Of a DNA stretch of 64,000 nt, positions 39,336-52,770 are shown piece by piece. The notes beneath the pieces are model-generated. The model did no database searches, was not told the origin of the DNA, and saw only the letters and a program-made list of their open reading frames with translations. This DNA is from Octopus sinensis (taxonomy: Eukaryota), in NCBI RefSeq assembly GCF_006345805.1, contig NC_043004.1, positions 63,798,001 to 63,862,000 of the forward strand, written 5' to 3'. Position numbers and translations under genes: made by a program. Numbering within the stretch: the first letter of the stretch is position 1; each line of letters begins with the position of its first letter.

Positions 39336-40249
39336 GTGAATGGGCATCCATCGAGACCTTTCAACATTGTACGTTCGGACCGTCAGTAATGCCCCCTCTC
39401 GTCGCTTCTGTACGTATTGACACTCGAGCCACTACTGCGGAAGCTGGCGACGCTGAGGGGCATCCCCCAAGAACTGGGGTGCGGGACGAGCGTGTCCGCA
39501 TACACGGACGACGTAACGGTCATAGTGTCTAGCCACAAGTACATCGAGCTGCTAGGCTAGACGCTGAAAGACTATGAAGCTGTGACGGGAGCGAAAATCA
39601 ACCTGGAAAATCGGTGGGCTCAGGTGCTTGGCACCTGGAGAAGCAAACCCATGCCGTCCGGCAGCGCCTCAGTAGTTGGATGCTGGACGGACGGACCGGT
39701 TATGTTCCTCGGCGTCTGATGAGGTCCGGACCTCCAAACGGGGAAGAACTGGGACCAGATAACGACAAGGGTGGCCACGAAAACCCGCTGAAAGAAGAGC
39801 TGGGCATGCCGCAGTTGATGATGCGCAGACAAGCGCTGTGACTGCGACATCTCCGGCTCTCCGTGGATGACGGTGAGCCGTTTGTGAGGCGCGCTTTCTC
39901 GCAGCTTGTCTCCATAACTGAGCTGCAGTCGTGGATCAAGAAGAGGCCGAGGAAGGGCGGATGGCACCGCGAGTCTCAGGTTGCTCTCGAGCAAATCTGC
40001 AGTCCCGGATCAGCATTCTATTGGTGATTAGTGGAGGGGAGGTACGACGACGATCTCTGGGCGAAGCTGGGCGAAGCTGGGCGAAGCTGGGCGAAGCTGG
40101 GCGAAGCTGGACGAAGCTGGGCGAAGCTGGGCGAAGCTGGGCGAAGCTGGGCGTCGACGAGGAATACCTGACACGCCTGTTCATGACGATTTCGGGCCGG
40201 GACCTATGGACAACTTCCAGAGATCCCTGGTTAGGCATTGCTATCAAGA
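39336..40249 (+). mobile_element. Tx1/L1-clade LINE reverse-transcriptase fragment, decayed
   Basis: Frame-broken translation VNGHPSRPFNIVRSDRQ*CPLSSLLYVLTLEPLLRKL...SVSAYTDDVTVIV...YEAVTGAKINLEKS...FLGV..GPDLQ (QGCPLS and YADD motifs); GC-rich relative to flanks. Confidence 0.78.
40057..40153 (+). repeat. 10-bp minisatellite (GCGAAGCTGG)x9 inside the Tx1 fragment
   Basis: Nine units at 40061-40150, one with a G>A variant. Confidence 0.97.
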
Positions 40250-40290
40250 AGATATATATATATACATGTACATATATGTATATATATATA

Positions 40291-41554
40291 TAAGTTCCCA
40301 TAAATTCTGTCCGAATTTTGTATAAGGAAAACAAGTAATCAAATCTTATATTTAGTTGAAATGTAATCATCAATGTACTTTCCCTGATTATCTATGACTT
40401 CCTTCCTTCTATTTACAAGCTTTTAAATCCCATCAATGTAAAACTTTTGGGGTTTCAAAGCGAAGAACTCTGAAATGTCAGTTTCAACCTCCTCCTGGCT
40501 TGCGAAAGTTACGTCCCCCAAATGATTCTGTAAAGTACGAAACAAATGGTAGTCTGAAGGAGCAAGGTCGAGAGAATAAGGTGGATGGGGGATTTTTTCC
40601 CGACCAAGCTCTTCGAACTTCTGTGATGTAATCTTTGCAGTGTGGGGTCGCGCATTGTCCTGATGAAACATCACTCCTTTTCGGTTCACTAAGGTGGGTC
40701 TTTTTTACTTCAAAGCTTGGTTCAGTAGACTTGAGCATTGATTGTTGCATTACGTGGTAGCAATTCAACGTGAATTACTACTTTGCAATTCTACCAGATA
40801 GAGAGAAGAACCTTTTTTCCATGAAGTTCCTTTCTCGGTTGTGGTTGAGCTTTTCCCCTTTCACCAAGCCACTGTTGACGACGTTTAACATTTCGATAGA
40901 AGATCCATTTTCGTCACCGGTCACAAGTCTATCCAAAAAGGGTGAAATGAGTTCGCGAGAATAGAGAGAAGAGCAGATGTCAACTCAGGATTTTTGGTTG
41001 CTTTCGGACAATTCATGAGGCACCCATTTTCCAAGTTTAGGATGCTTTCCAAGTTGTTGAACATGACGATGAACAGTTGAATGGTTTGAACTAAACTTTA
41101 TTGCCAATTCTTCAACTGATAATACATGATTTTCTTCAAGTAATGCCTCAAAGAGCTTATCATCAAACTCAACTTGACGTCCTGTTCAATCTTCAACTTC
41201 AAGGCTGAAATCTCCACTTCTGAATTTTGCAAGCCATCTTCTGCAAGTTCTTTCATTCAAGCATTCTTTCCTATAAACTGAGAGTATGTTTCCAGTTGCT
41301 TCGGCTACAGAGTTACCTTTTTTTTGTTCTCATAACGCATTATGTGCCTCAAATGCTCTTTAGATACTTCCATGTTAGAAAGGGTTTTAATCAACGAAAT
41401 TTTAATTCTATTATTTTGTAAAATAATATTTAATTAGTTTAAATGTACACAAATGCATAAAAATGATTTCTAATTCCATTAAGACATTCTAAAATACTAT
41501 TAAATTTCATTCAATTTTAAAAAAGGTAAAATCGGACAGAACTTACAGGATGCA
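40291..41554 (-). mobile_element. Near full-length mariner transposon (~1.26 kb), frameshifted
   Basis: Minus strand: MEVSKEHLRHIM...RRWLAKFRSGDFSL (ATG at 41373), LVTGDE, HQDNARPH, HPPYSLDLAPSDYHLF. Imperfect TIRs (..TAA.TTCTGTCCGA.TTT). (TA)n on both sides. Confidence 0.9.
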
Positions 41555-41599
41555 TATATATATATATATATATATATGCATTGGTAAAGTCTAGGTGCC

Positions 41600-42720
41600 A
41601 ATGCTTCACACGCTATACTTAGCTATTCTTGCCGAATCGAAGTTCATTCCTGGCGCAGTTTTGCCTTCAGAGTATCAAGCGAAGCATGTAGAGTGCTCGT
41701 AACCCTCGTCTCTGAAATGGACGTAAGAGAACATTCCAACGGAGCTTGAGATCGGGGCTTCTCTAGAGTCATACATATTTGCCTAAGAGCAATGGAGTAT
41801 TTTCTGAATCCAGTGTTGGACCTGTGGAATGTGGCTGAGTCCTGTTGGACGACCCTAGGTACATCGTGAATGCTCTCATTCACCCAGAGAAGCAGTTCAG
41901 CTTCCAAAATGAGGTTAATCTATCGCTGTGTTTTAATTTTAACTACTGAGAACACAAAAAGGAGGGGAAACCTTCACTGTCACAACTCGCAACGTCATAC
42001 CTTATTATGGCATTTGAAAGTCATTTTATAAGTCTACCTTCAACAGTGCCAGATGCACTTCTTTTCATCAGTAAATATCTGGTTGACCAGCGTGCTTTTC
42101 AGTAAAGTAACGCAGGATATATTTTTTCTTTATTGCCCACAAGGGGCTAAACATAAAGAGGACAAACAAGGACAGATAAAGGGATTTAATCGATTACATC
42201 GACCCCAGTGTGTAACTGGTACTTTATTTATCGACCCCGAAAGGATGAAAAGCAAAGTCGACTACGGCGGAATTTGAACTCAGTACGTAACGGCAGATGA
42301 AACATATTTCTTTACTACCCACAAGGGACCAAACACAGAGAGGACAAACAAGGACAGACAAACGGATTAAGTCGATTACGTCGACCCCAGTGCATAACTG
42401 GTACTTAATTTATCGACCCCGAAAGGATGAAAAGCAAAGTCAACCTCGGCGGAATTTGATCTCAGAACGTAACGGCAGATGAAATACCGCTAAGCATTTC
42501 GCCCGGAGTGCTAACGTTTCTACCAGCTCGCCACCTAAAGTAAATCAGGATAAGACGACTTCTCCCCAATATCATGGCTTTATAAACTTGCCTGAGCTCA
42601 TGACAGTGGGTCTTCTTGTAGAGGTGGATCGTGAGATCATCCTTCAGCACTCGATACATCGATATTCGGCTTATTTTTATTGTGACAGCCATTTTTCTAA
42701 GGGAACGACAAGAATTTCGC
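41600..42720 (-). mobile_element. Decayed Tc1/mariner-superfamily transposase fragments split by a SINE insertion
   Basis: ORF 42462-42692 (SMYRVLKDDL..HLYKK..CHEL...K..RSR) resembles an N-terminal/HTH region. ORF 41644-41907 has VQQDSATFHRS (catalytic QQDxA.xH). Confidence 0.55.
42121..42536 (-). mobile_element. tRNA-derived SINE dimer (family of 2204-2603)
   Basis: Reverse complement of the same head, B-box and core; two units. Confidence 0.88.
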
Positions 42721-43224
42721 CGTATCTTTTCTCAGGTACTTTTGATAAGCTGAGAGGTCCACACTTCTCTTTCGGTCACATGCAAGTTGATCAGCGGTGG
42801 AAAAGTGAAAGACAACTAAATACTCACACAACGTATGTGCTGGAGTCGATATTTTTTTATTGATTCGACGTATATATTATTGGTTTTCGAATTATAACTT
42901 GTTAGAATATTGTTGTTCGTTTCGTGCTGAATATTAGCACTTGACAATATCGACGTGTCTTTAGGTAACGTTGATCAAAACTCAGAGCCTCTTGTTCATG
43001 AAAGGTGGGTTGTACTATATAGAAGGAAAACATTTCAGAGCAGAAATAGAAATGAAAAAAAAAAACGAAAAAAATATTTAGACGAAGTAAGGAACAGTTA
43101 TATCCCCTGAGTTCATTGATACTTATAAGCATGTATAATTGCAGGGGAGTAACTCTCTCCTTCTTAGGTAGTTGGACTGATATATTGGCTGATGATTTCT
43201 TTTCTACTCTATGCACGAAGCCAG

Positions 43225-43666
43225 ACATTTTGGTGAGAGGGCCAGTCGATTATACTGACCCCGGTACGCAACTGGTACTCAATTTATCGACTCCGGAAGG
43301 ATAAAAGGAAAAGTCGACCTCAGAGGAATTTGAACTCAGAACGTAAAGACAGACGAAATACCTATTTCTTTACTACCCACAAGCGGCCAAACACAGAGGA
43401 GACAAATTCGGTCACATGCAAGTTGATCAGCGGTGGAAAAGTGCAAGACAAATATATACTCACTCAACGTATGTGCTGGAGTCGATATTTTTTTTATTGA
43501 TTCAATGTATATATTATTGGTTTTGGCATATAACTTGTTCATCGACCCCGAAAGGATGAAAGGCAAAGTCGACCTCGGCGGAATTTGAACTCAGAACGCA
43601 GCGGCGGACGAAATACCACAAAGCATTTCGCCCGGCGTGCCAACGATTCTGCCAGCTCGCCGCCTT
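43225..43666 (-). mobile_element. tRNA-derived SINE dimer carrying a foreign 133-bp insert
   Basis: Head at 43666-43541, non-SINE insert 43407-43539, SINE tail and second unit 43406-43225. Confidence 0.8.
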
Positions 43667-44756
43667 ACTCATGCATTCATTATAATTCTTCTTCTTAATA
43701 ACTACATTGTTTCTTTCCACGAAAACTGATATATCATTGTTCAAAGAACGATTCAAATGTAAGAAGTAGTTGAAAATAACATTTCCCATCATGATGTATT
43801 CAAGTACCCAGAGAAAAAGAGTTTAACCCCCATGGATATTTCATGCTGTCATGGTTCCTACATTAAAGGATGATGCTCCAGCTTTATCAAAAGCGTAAAA
43901 GTGTTAAGTTAAATTTATGAGGGGGAAACAGTAGGGGTATTTCCGAAAAGACCTTTCATACCTCGACAATGTCCTAGGAAAACTATATATATTATATAAA
44001 GAATTGCGAAAGGATTGAATTACATGTATTATTACTGAAGGATAAGTAAACATCATATAGCGAAATATTCAAAATGTTTCAAATGTAGACATGAGTCAAT
44101 ATTTAAAGGGTGCAGTTTAGTTGATTACGCCGATATCATTACTTTACTGGTACTTTAGTTATCGACTCCTGAATGTTAAAATCTTGAGATTTGTATTGAG
44201 AACGAAAGCAAACATAATGAAAAGCTAAAACGATTCTATGATGCCGATGCCCTGTATAGAATATTACTGAACTTTCTGTTTATTCTTGATAAGATTCGAT
44301 AATGAGAAGTTGGAATTTGCTGCCTTGATTTTTGTAGTAATGGAAATGCCTTCCTGCTCGGTTTATTGGTTTCCCAAGACCCCCCCCCCCCCCAAGATAC
44401 AGACATAACTATTACAGCTGCTACTTTAGGAATTATCGAGTCATAACTACAACGAAACATATGCTACTTTTGATTGATCCAAATTGATCAGGGCCCCACT
44501 CATGCCAGGTGCCCTACCTGCCCTCTCTATGATGTAACGCGCGAGTTGGAGGATTATCTTGGGATAACGCATGTCTGAACGTTACCGACCAGCTTATCGA
44601 CAAGTGGAAACCTCTTGGCTAACACTTGGCCAAAATCTTGTAATCTCTGTTTAGTAGAGTTACGGGCCTAAAATTGTCTATTTTGTCCCCTTTTGTTCGG
44701 GTGCTTTTTTAGCTGCGCCTCCACACCACGTGCTACAACACTGGGGATCATTCCGT

Positions 44757-45032
44757 TCTGTTGCCAGTTACGCTAGATATCAGCCAAAAGATCACCGCGA
44801 AAGACCGTCCAGCCCAAAGACTTTTTTCTTATGCATAGTCATCGTATCCGTGTCTTCGGCTGTTTCGTCAATTCGTCTGTTGCCAGTTACGCTAGATATC
44901 AGCCAAAAGATCACCGCCGAAATCTGGCATATGAAAATAAAGCTCGCATGGTAGACCGTCCAGCCCCAAAGACTTTTTTCTTATGCAGTTAGTCATCGTA
45001 TCCGCTGTCTTCGGCTGTTATCGTCAATTCGT
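44757..45032 (+). repeat. Imperfect tandem duplication (~120 bp plus ~155 bp)
   Basis: tctgttgccagttacgctagatatcagccaaaagatcaccgc...gtcaattcgt occurs twice. The first copy lacks ~35 internal bp. Confidence 0.9.
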
Positions 45033-47433
45033 AAGACCCACACACCTCTGGCCGAGAAGCACCGCATATCATCGACGAAGAAGGTGAAATCCATTTTCGG
45101 CTTCATAGAGTAGGGTGAAGCGCAGCTGAAATTACGCATACATCTGCTTAAACTCGAGTGTCAAGAGCCTGTCTCCAACGCAATATTCATGCTTGGTATT
45201 GAAGAATTTATCAAGACCCAATCTCGCCACCGACACATCGGTCTCGATGTCACTAGTAGGTGTCACTTCTAATTTCCAAACTAGGTTTCCCTCTTCTTGA
45301 TTCCACAACGGCTAATTCCTTGCTAAACCATAATGTCTCTCATCTAATAGCCTTTTTTTAGGACTATCAACCATCGGTTGTTGACGATTACACCTGAAGA
45401 GCAACATCGATTTGATTAAGGAAGTAGTCAGCTACAAAAATGTCTGGTATATGGGGCAAATTTGCACGAAATGTTCCCGAAAACACCCTTGGAAAGACAG
45501 TTTGCACCTGGTTTAAAATTTAGTGATCTCTTAAAAAGAATATGCTTAATGAATACCACAGTAAAATATTCTTGAGAAGCCTTTTCCTACTTAAACCCCA
45601 GTGGAAAAGAAGGCTGGATAAATAGGGTCATGGTAAACATCTACCTATTCTGTTACCTGTTTCTGTTCTTGTAGTGTGTTGGTTGCGGGTTATGAAATGG
45701 CAGTGCAGTTACGATAATCCTTCAACCTTGACTTATGGACAATCTCACTGGAACCGTGTAGTTAGTTGGTTGTCTTCAACGTAAATAATAATGCCTTCAG
45801 ATTGGAGGTTGTCTATATCCCGAGTGAAATAGGTTGTTCTGATTTCTTCAGATGTTTGTAAAATTTCCTCGAACACCTGCTCAGACGTTTCCAGTTGTCC
45901 GACAAGTACCGATTGGGTTGCCCGCATGTGCCAGTGTGGAAAAGGAGCAACTACAGCAGACCATCCAAATTATATCTAAACTGAGATTTTACGATACTAC
46001 CGGATATGGTTATTGCAATATGCTCAAAATTCAAAGTAGTCGGCTACAGAAAACACGAATTGTGATCTACCCGGCTGACTCAGTTATGGGAAGGTGAACT
46101 CATCCTTATCGGCATGCAAAGTCTACGGGGATCGGAGTAGTGAATTAGCAATCATCACTGAGCAACAGTGAAATTGATAAATGGGGTCTGTGTGTGAGTA
46201 TTGAACTGTTGATCGTGTTGTTCGAGTGTTCTGTTTTGTTTTTGAGATTTCTTGTGAATCTGTGTCTGTGAATGGGTTTGTAACAATTGGTTTTGTGGTG
46301 ACGAGATTTCTGTTTCTTGGCCACGTCCCATCGCCTTCAATTTGGAGCAACTTCTATTAGCTTGGGTCAGATTGTTTTGTTTTCTCCACAACAAATTCCT
46401 TTTACAGCGATTTCCTCTGGATTTCATCTCCTAACTGGGATTTTGATTTGAGACCATGATCAGAAGAAAGAGGTGGGAATGGATTTGATAGTAACAATAC
46501 AGTGTGCTGTGCTTGCTTTGAGTGGGAAAGAAAATTTTGAAGTGATCTGAATTTTCACACACAAAACAGTTGGTTTCCCTGCCCTGTATTATCAGCTGCA
46601 TTTACTTGCATAACGCGAAACAGGAAAATTCTAAAATGTGATTGGCTTCTTCCGCGGTGACCAGTAACAATAATTCCATCAGAATCCCTATTCTGTTAAT
46701 TTGGGGATGAATTTGACCTCTACAATCACCCCATGCCACGGCTCACGAAGATTCCTAAGTTTCTTGTAAGCCCGAACGTTCGAGTTAACGTTCTACGCAT
46801 ATGTAAATGTATTTTGATAAAACTTTGGGAGATGAGATTTAACGTTGCCATTCTTAGACTTTCCGCCTCACTGTTATAGATTGCAGCTACAGCTTTGCAT
46901 ACATGTAGACATGAGAGCAATAGGTCTTCCGTGCATCTTTCTATTTCTGTCATCTGTGTTTATGATAGATATATTTATATTTGGTTGATTTTCGAAACTT
47001 TTCATAAGTGACATTAATCCTGGTTTAACAATATTTTGTATACGGAAAATTCTTTTTTTTTTAATCTTCCACTAGTTAACCGCTCTCGAGAAAGATACAG
47101 CATACATTTATTGTTGTTATTTACCCCTTTACAGAGCTTTTGACGTTGATGTTGATGATTTCGTTCTAGATACTATTATTTCTGTTCTCATTCTTTTTGT
47201 TCATATTGTTGATATGATTATTTTTTCTGCTTATTCATTTGCTATAGTTGGGAATCATCAGGGATAATCAAAATAATTTGATATCTTTGGATGACTCACA
47301 GCGACAAATGATTTCGCAAGACAAATTAATTGCGCATGAAAAGCTGTAATATTACATAATACAGGCCCAATACATTTTGAAACATACATTGTACAAAACG
47401 ACGTCTTCCATTCCTTTATTCATTCATATATAT

Positions 47434-48615
47434 TGTTACGGAATCACCTGCCGTCGCTCGCCCGAACGGGCAAGTTCGCCACGGAACCCAGAGAGGAGAG
47501 AGACAACGACAACAACCACAGCAGCAGCACAGAGGCAATCGAGAGAGACACAAAGAGGCAAGGCAACTGGCTTACATTTAACAACTAGTTTATATGACAA
47601 TGAATTGTTACAACATCAAATATATATCAGGTACATTTAAAAGAGGACATGCAAGTAACAACTCAATACATCATACAGGTATACCACAGATCAAAGCATT
47701 TAACAACATGCAGATACAATATAACCGTCCGGTAACAACACATCAAGTTCAATAACAACAGCATTTCAAAGGACATTAAAGGCCTAACAGTTCAATGTTC
47801 ATTATACAAATAATTCACGTTACAAATCAATGTTCAAATCCAATTAAACGAATAACGTTCACAGTTCTTTAAAGTCTTTTTCTACTTTCTTTTGTAACAT
47901 GCATCAACACAATTCTGAACATAAATACCACAACTCGATAATCGACACATCAACAAGTCCTTTACTCAATTCACATTGTTCATTAAATTCCTTTTTACTG
48001 TCTCATTTCTTTTTCAACATTTCGATACATCGATTCCTTTTCCTTCTGTTTCTTCACATATCAATACACAATTCACGTACCTTACATTAGCCAACGCCTC
48101 ATATTGCACCTCATCTCTCTCAGTACTGCTAGCTCCAACTTGCCAAACTCTTGCCCCGAATTCCCAAATCCTCGCTCCTCAAATCCCGACCGCTCGCTTT
48201 AACTTCCAAAAACCGACTGTCCAAAAACCTCTTGCTCTATCACCCCCCCCCCCTTAATCTGTCTTAGCACTGCTAATATTCTCTCTATCTGCTCTCAGAT
48301 TCCTTAATCTGCCTACTTCATCGACGCTGCTGCTGTCACTCTCTCATGATAGCTCTCAGATCCCTTACTCTGTCTTTCTCACTACTTTCGTCTTCCTCTT
48401 CTTCACTGTCACTAGATTCTTCTTTACTCTATCTTTCTCACTACTTTCTTCTTCCTCACATCTCTCTGACCCCTTCTCGACCGGCACAAGGCCAAAGGTC
48501 CTTCCAAAGGCCATTACTCTTCCCAAAACAAAGGGCTATAACTTTTTATTCCAGACTTTCCGTCTCCAAGCCAGCAAAGTAGGTCACAATCAACTGTACC
48601 AGCTGAACCACAACA
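47434..48615. mobile_element. Probable solo LTR (~1.18 kb)
   Basis: Starts TGTTAC and ends ACAACA (TGTT...AACA). ATAT on both flanks is a possible 4-bp TSD, but weak because the site is (AT)n. Composition differs from flanks. Confidence 0.5.
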
Positions 48616-48666
48616 ATATATATATATATATATATACATACATACATACATACACACATACATACA

Positions 48667-48698
<32 letters not shown>

Positions 48699-48766
48699 AT
48701 ATATATATATATATCTATATATATATATATATATATGAAATATGTTTGCTAGAAGTAGTAGTGGAT

Positions 48767-49423
48767 TACGATACAACGCTATGTAAAGCTTCACTGAAAT
48801 ATATACTGACAATGATGTATGCGGGCAGCGAACATTAAAAAAATTCCTCTTACCTCTAGACAGAACATGGTAAAAATGGACAACCCAGAATTGATAACCT
48901 AGGAACCGAATTTCAGACTTTCCAAAATATGGTTGTTATAGTTAATTTGATTTGTCCTCAGCTGCTAGATTCACGTGTGACAAAATTTTAAAATATCGCT
49001 ACATCTTGCCAGTATATTCAGCTGAACGCCTAGCCGTTAAGAACCCAGATCAGTGAAAAAGTTTTCAATAAGAGTTTTAAATATCATTGCAATACAAGAT
49101 TATCACTTTCCAATGAAATAAAGCCCCGTAAAGGTAGAATTGTAAATAAGAAATAGGGGTACGAAAAGGCACCAATATTTGCTGTAAATAGTAGTCAATA
49201 ACGATACAACGCTATGTAAAGCACAATCATAAAAAAAATGTTCGTCTTACATCTCGGCAGAACATCGTAAAAATGGACAACCCAGAATTGATAATCTAGG
49301 ACCTGAGTTTCGGACTTTCCAAAATACGGTTGTTATCGTAAATTTGATTAGTCCTCATCAAGTAAATTCACATGTGATGAAATTTTAAAATATCGCTACA
49401 TTTTGCCAGTATATTCAGCTGGA
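48767..49423 (+). repeat. Two direct copies of a ~225-260 bp unit (48767-49026, 49201-49423)
   Basis: Shared blocks acgatacaacgctatgtaaagc, gtaaaaatggacaacccagaattgataa, aaattttaaaatatcgctaca..ttgccagtatattcagctg. Confidence 0.88.
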
Positions 49424-49509
49424 AAGTGATACTTTTGTATTTTTGTATTGCAATCATATTTAAAATTATATATATATATATATATGATGCAATCTACCGT
49501 GGAAGACGA

Positions 49510-49760
49510 CGTATGAGTGTTCAGTTATTGCTGAACGATTTGTACAAAGGATTTGTTCATAGTGATCAAATGCAGGTGCTGTATACTGACACACTCTCTC
49601 CATCAAATCGACATTGCCTGAACATGTGTTCGGTGTATCACACGTCAGGTGTCGAAGTGATCACAGAGCAACGTGAAATGAAGTGTTTTGTTCACGAACG
49701 TGACGCATCATCCGGTCCATGGATTTAATTCACGATCTCGCGAGTAGAACCCAATACCCA
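49510..49760 (-). mobile_element. Degenerate SINE (family of 32997-33110)
   Basis: Reverse complement contains cgcgagatcgtg...acttcatttcacgttgc, shared with 33030-33110. Confidence 0.45.
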
Positions 49761-49817
49761 GTATCCACCAGGTTATGCACCCTAAGACACACAGACACAG
49801 ACACATACATACAGATA

Positions 49818-49952
<135 letters not shown>

Positions 49953-51036
49953 GGACACCATTTTCAAAGTGGGACGCCGATTTATAACTGGTTGTTATGA
50001 CAGCTTGTTAATATCCCTTAGCTGTGGATAGCTATTGGTTCCATGATTCCAGTAGAGATGTTTCATTCAAGAAGATCTTGTAAACGAATCTCATGTGTAA
50101 TAGAAGCCATGCCTCATGATATAGTAATCAACAAATTCGAAAAAAGTCCAATCAAAAATTTGCTTCGAAATACACACCTTTCAAAAAGCTATTTCCAATG
50201 AATCTACCTTCCATGCAATGTACAGAAAGAAAGACTGGTAAATTATCTGCAATATAAAATAGAAGCAAATATAAAAATCTGACAAAGACCCTAAAGTCCA
50301 CAAAGGAGTGGACTGAAATACTGTAATCGATTTCGAGTTCGATTAAGCCTAACCAGAAACATCAGATTAAAACGGTGACATAATGTGGGATCCACTTTCT
50401 GTGAAACGGAATAGTCCAAGGGTGCTTTTCACATTAATGTTTACTCGTTGCTTGGATGATCTTAGAAATAGCACGAAGAATACACTAGCATAAATAAAAC
50501 GTTGAAAGATATGATATTCACATAATATGTTAATAATAATTTGTGTCCCTGTATTTTCAAGCAGGCGAAATGCAATTTGAGGGTTAGTTGGCTGCTAATA
50601 CTAGCCACTCAATTAACTACACCCATATCATCTCATTTATATGGGATCGTGTAAGTTTGTGTACGTGTATGGAAGATTGTTCCATTGCATGTGGGTGCAA
50701 GCGCACGTGTATCTGTCTGTATTGTCATGTGTTTATCTTCTTGCATGTGCCTTTTCTGTATGTGTTTGAATGTATTGTCGTATCAATGAATGGATGATTG
50801 ATTGATTGAACATTCATGTGTGTATATATGTATGTGCACTTATATATGATTTGTTGTGTTGATGTTTCCTTATGTAGTATGTGTGTGTGCGCGCGTGCAT
50901 TTGCTCACGTACACATGCATGTGTCTGCAGAGTGTATGCACACGCGAGTGTGTGTTTGCGTGAGCCTAAGCGCACTTTTGAGCGTGTGTGATAAATTCCA
51001 AGCCATACTGTGAATTAAGGTCAACTGCAAACACGA

Positions 51037-51072
<36 letters not shown>

Positions 51073-51959
51073 AATCAGATAGAGAAAAGAAATCAAAGAA
51101 AACGGGATAAAGAAAAGGAAACCGAAGGAAGAAACAAAGAAAGAAATAGAGAAAGAAACAAAGAAAGAAAAGAGAAAGATACATTAAGTGAATGAATGAG
51201 TGAATGAATGATGAGAGAATGAAAGAATGACAAAATGACGAAAGCAAACACATGAGTAAATAAAAAAAAAAAAGGTTTGCAGCAATTTTGTGCCATAAAA
51301 TAGAAATCTTGAATTAATTAATTTTAAAATTATGAAATAAAAGACTTTGGTGAATCATAACATCAAAACTCACGATGTTTTTTTTTTATATCAAGAGGAC
51401 CACAAACTGTTGCAATGAAAATAATCTGTGGGATTTAGAAGTTTATTTGGTAACTATTGTGAGTTCGCGTCGAGAAAGTAGCGAGTATAATAGCATGGGG
51501 TTTCATAAAATATTTGTGGATGAAATTCAGAGGAATGAATCCGTTGACAGATTCTTCAAGCCGAGCCAATTGGCAGGAAACATAGGAGTTGACCAAGAAC
51601 GAGATAGCTGGATAATATCCGGAGTCTCGGTTATTCATGCATGAGAATCAAGTCAAAAGACAGTTGCTTCTGGCAGGATCGTACAGAAGAGGCGCCTGAG
51701 GTTTCGGCCTTTATGGCCATTCCCACGAAGAGTTAGCATAGAAGATGGATGGATTAATGGATATTTAGTAGATGGGAACTGTATGGAAGCCAGTGAGAAT
51801 ATTTTCTATTCAGGAAATACCTCTAACCTGAAGGTAATTACATACCGCATTATTTTTCCACTTTCAAATATTATGAGAAAGACCTACGAAGTCATATCAA
51901 AAGGTTTCAGGTCTAGCTATGTTTAATGAAATAAATAACTTAATTACCTTAGTTTTAGC

Positions 51960-52770
51960 ATCATCTCCTTCGAAATAATCACCTTGCACAGCTGTACACT
52001 GGGGCTAGCGTTCCTGCGACATTTGGAATCCACTCACAAAGTCGTTTTTCGTAAGCGAGTCATTGCCTCGTCATCGTAAGCTCTTGATCTCAAAAACACA
52101 GTGCTAAAACGGCAACCCTTCAGCTGTATTTTGATCTTAGAGAAGAGATGGAGGTCCGTAGGTGCTAAATCTGGTGAATAGAGCGTATGCAGAGGGATAC
52201 CACGTTGTTTTTCCCGAGAAACTCACCAGTGAAGAGCGCTCAGTGAGGAAACCAATTCTCCGCGCTCTACAGATCCACTGAATGGCCGCCCTCAAACGCT
52301 TCAAAACGTAGCAATAGAATTCTCGATTGACAGTCTGGTCCTGTGAGGCGAATTCTCGATGCACAAAACCACATTCCCGGAGGTGACCCAAGCGGCAGGT
52401 GTTCCAGGTAGTTCAGCGTCATCCAGGGACATTTTTCCGCTTTTGAAGCACTCGTGCCACCTGAAACATTGCTTGCGACCCATTGCCTCGTCATCGTAAT
52501 ATCGCCGAGGCATGCTCAGTGTCTCTATTACAGACTTCTGAAGTTTAACGCAAAATTTAAAGTTGGCTGTTTGTTCCTTTCCATGACAAAATCGCAAACT
52601 ACTGTTTACACGTGATCACAAAAATACAAATTTCACAGCTTGCAAAGTAAACACAGCAACGTCACTTGGCACATTGTCTCAGGGAGTTTACTGCTGGCTC
52701 TCACTGCATCTGCAGGTGCACTACAGGACTAGTCCGGGGAGGTTTTCATACCACCTCATATAAAAGCTGC
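51960..52770 (-). mobile_element. Internally deleted, decayed mariner transposon
   Basis: EQTANFKFCVKLQKSVIETL...YYDDEAMGRKQCFRWHECFKSG (HTH) and HREF...QTVNREFYCYVLKRLRAAI. One TIR-like end near 52733-52770. Confidence 0.8.

Noticed and set aside
45060-45330. Faint DIRS/tyrosine-recombinase-like peptide (RVLSRCMRNF..P) on the minus strand
   Set aside because: Similarity is too weak and no catalytic motifs are seen.
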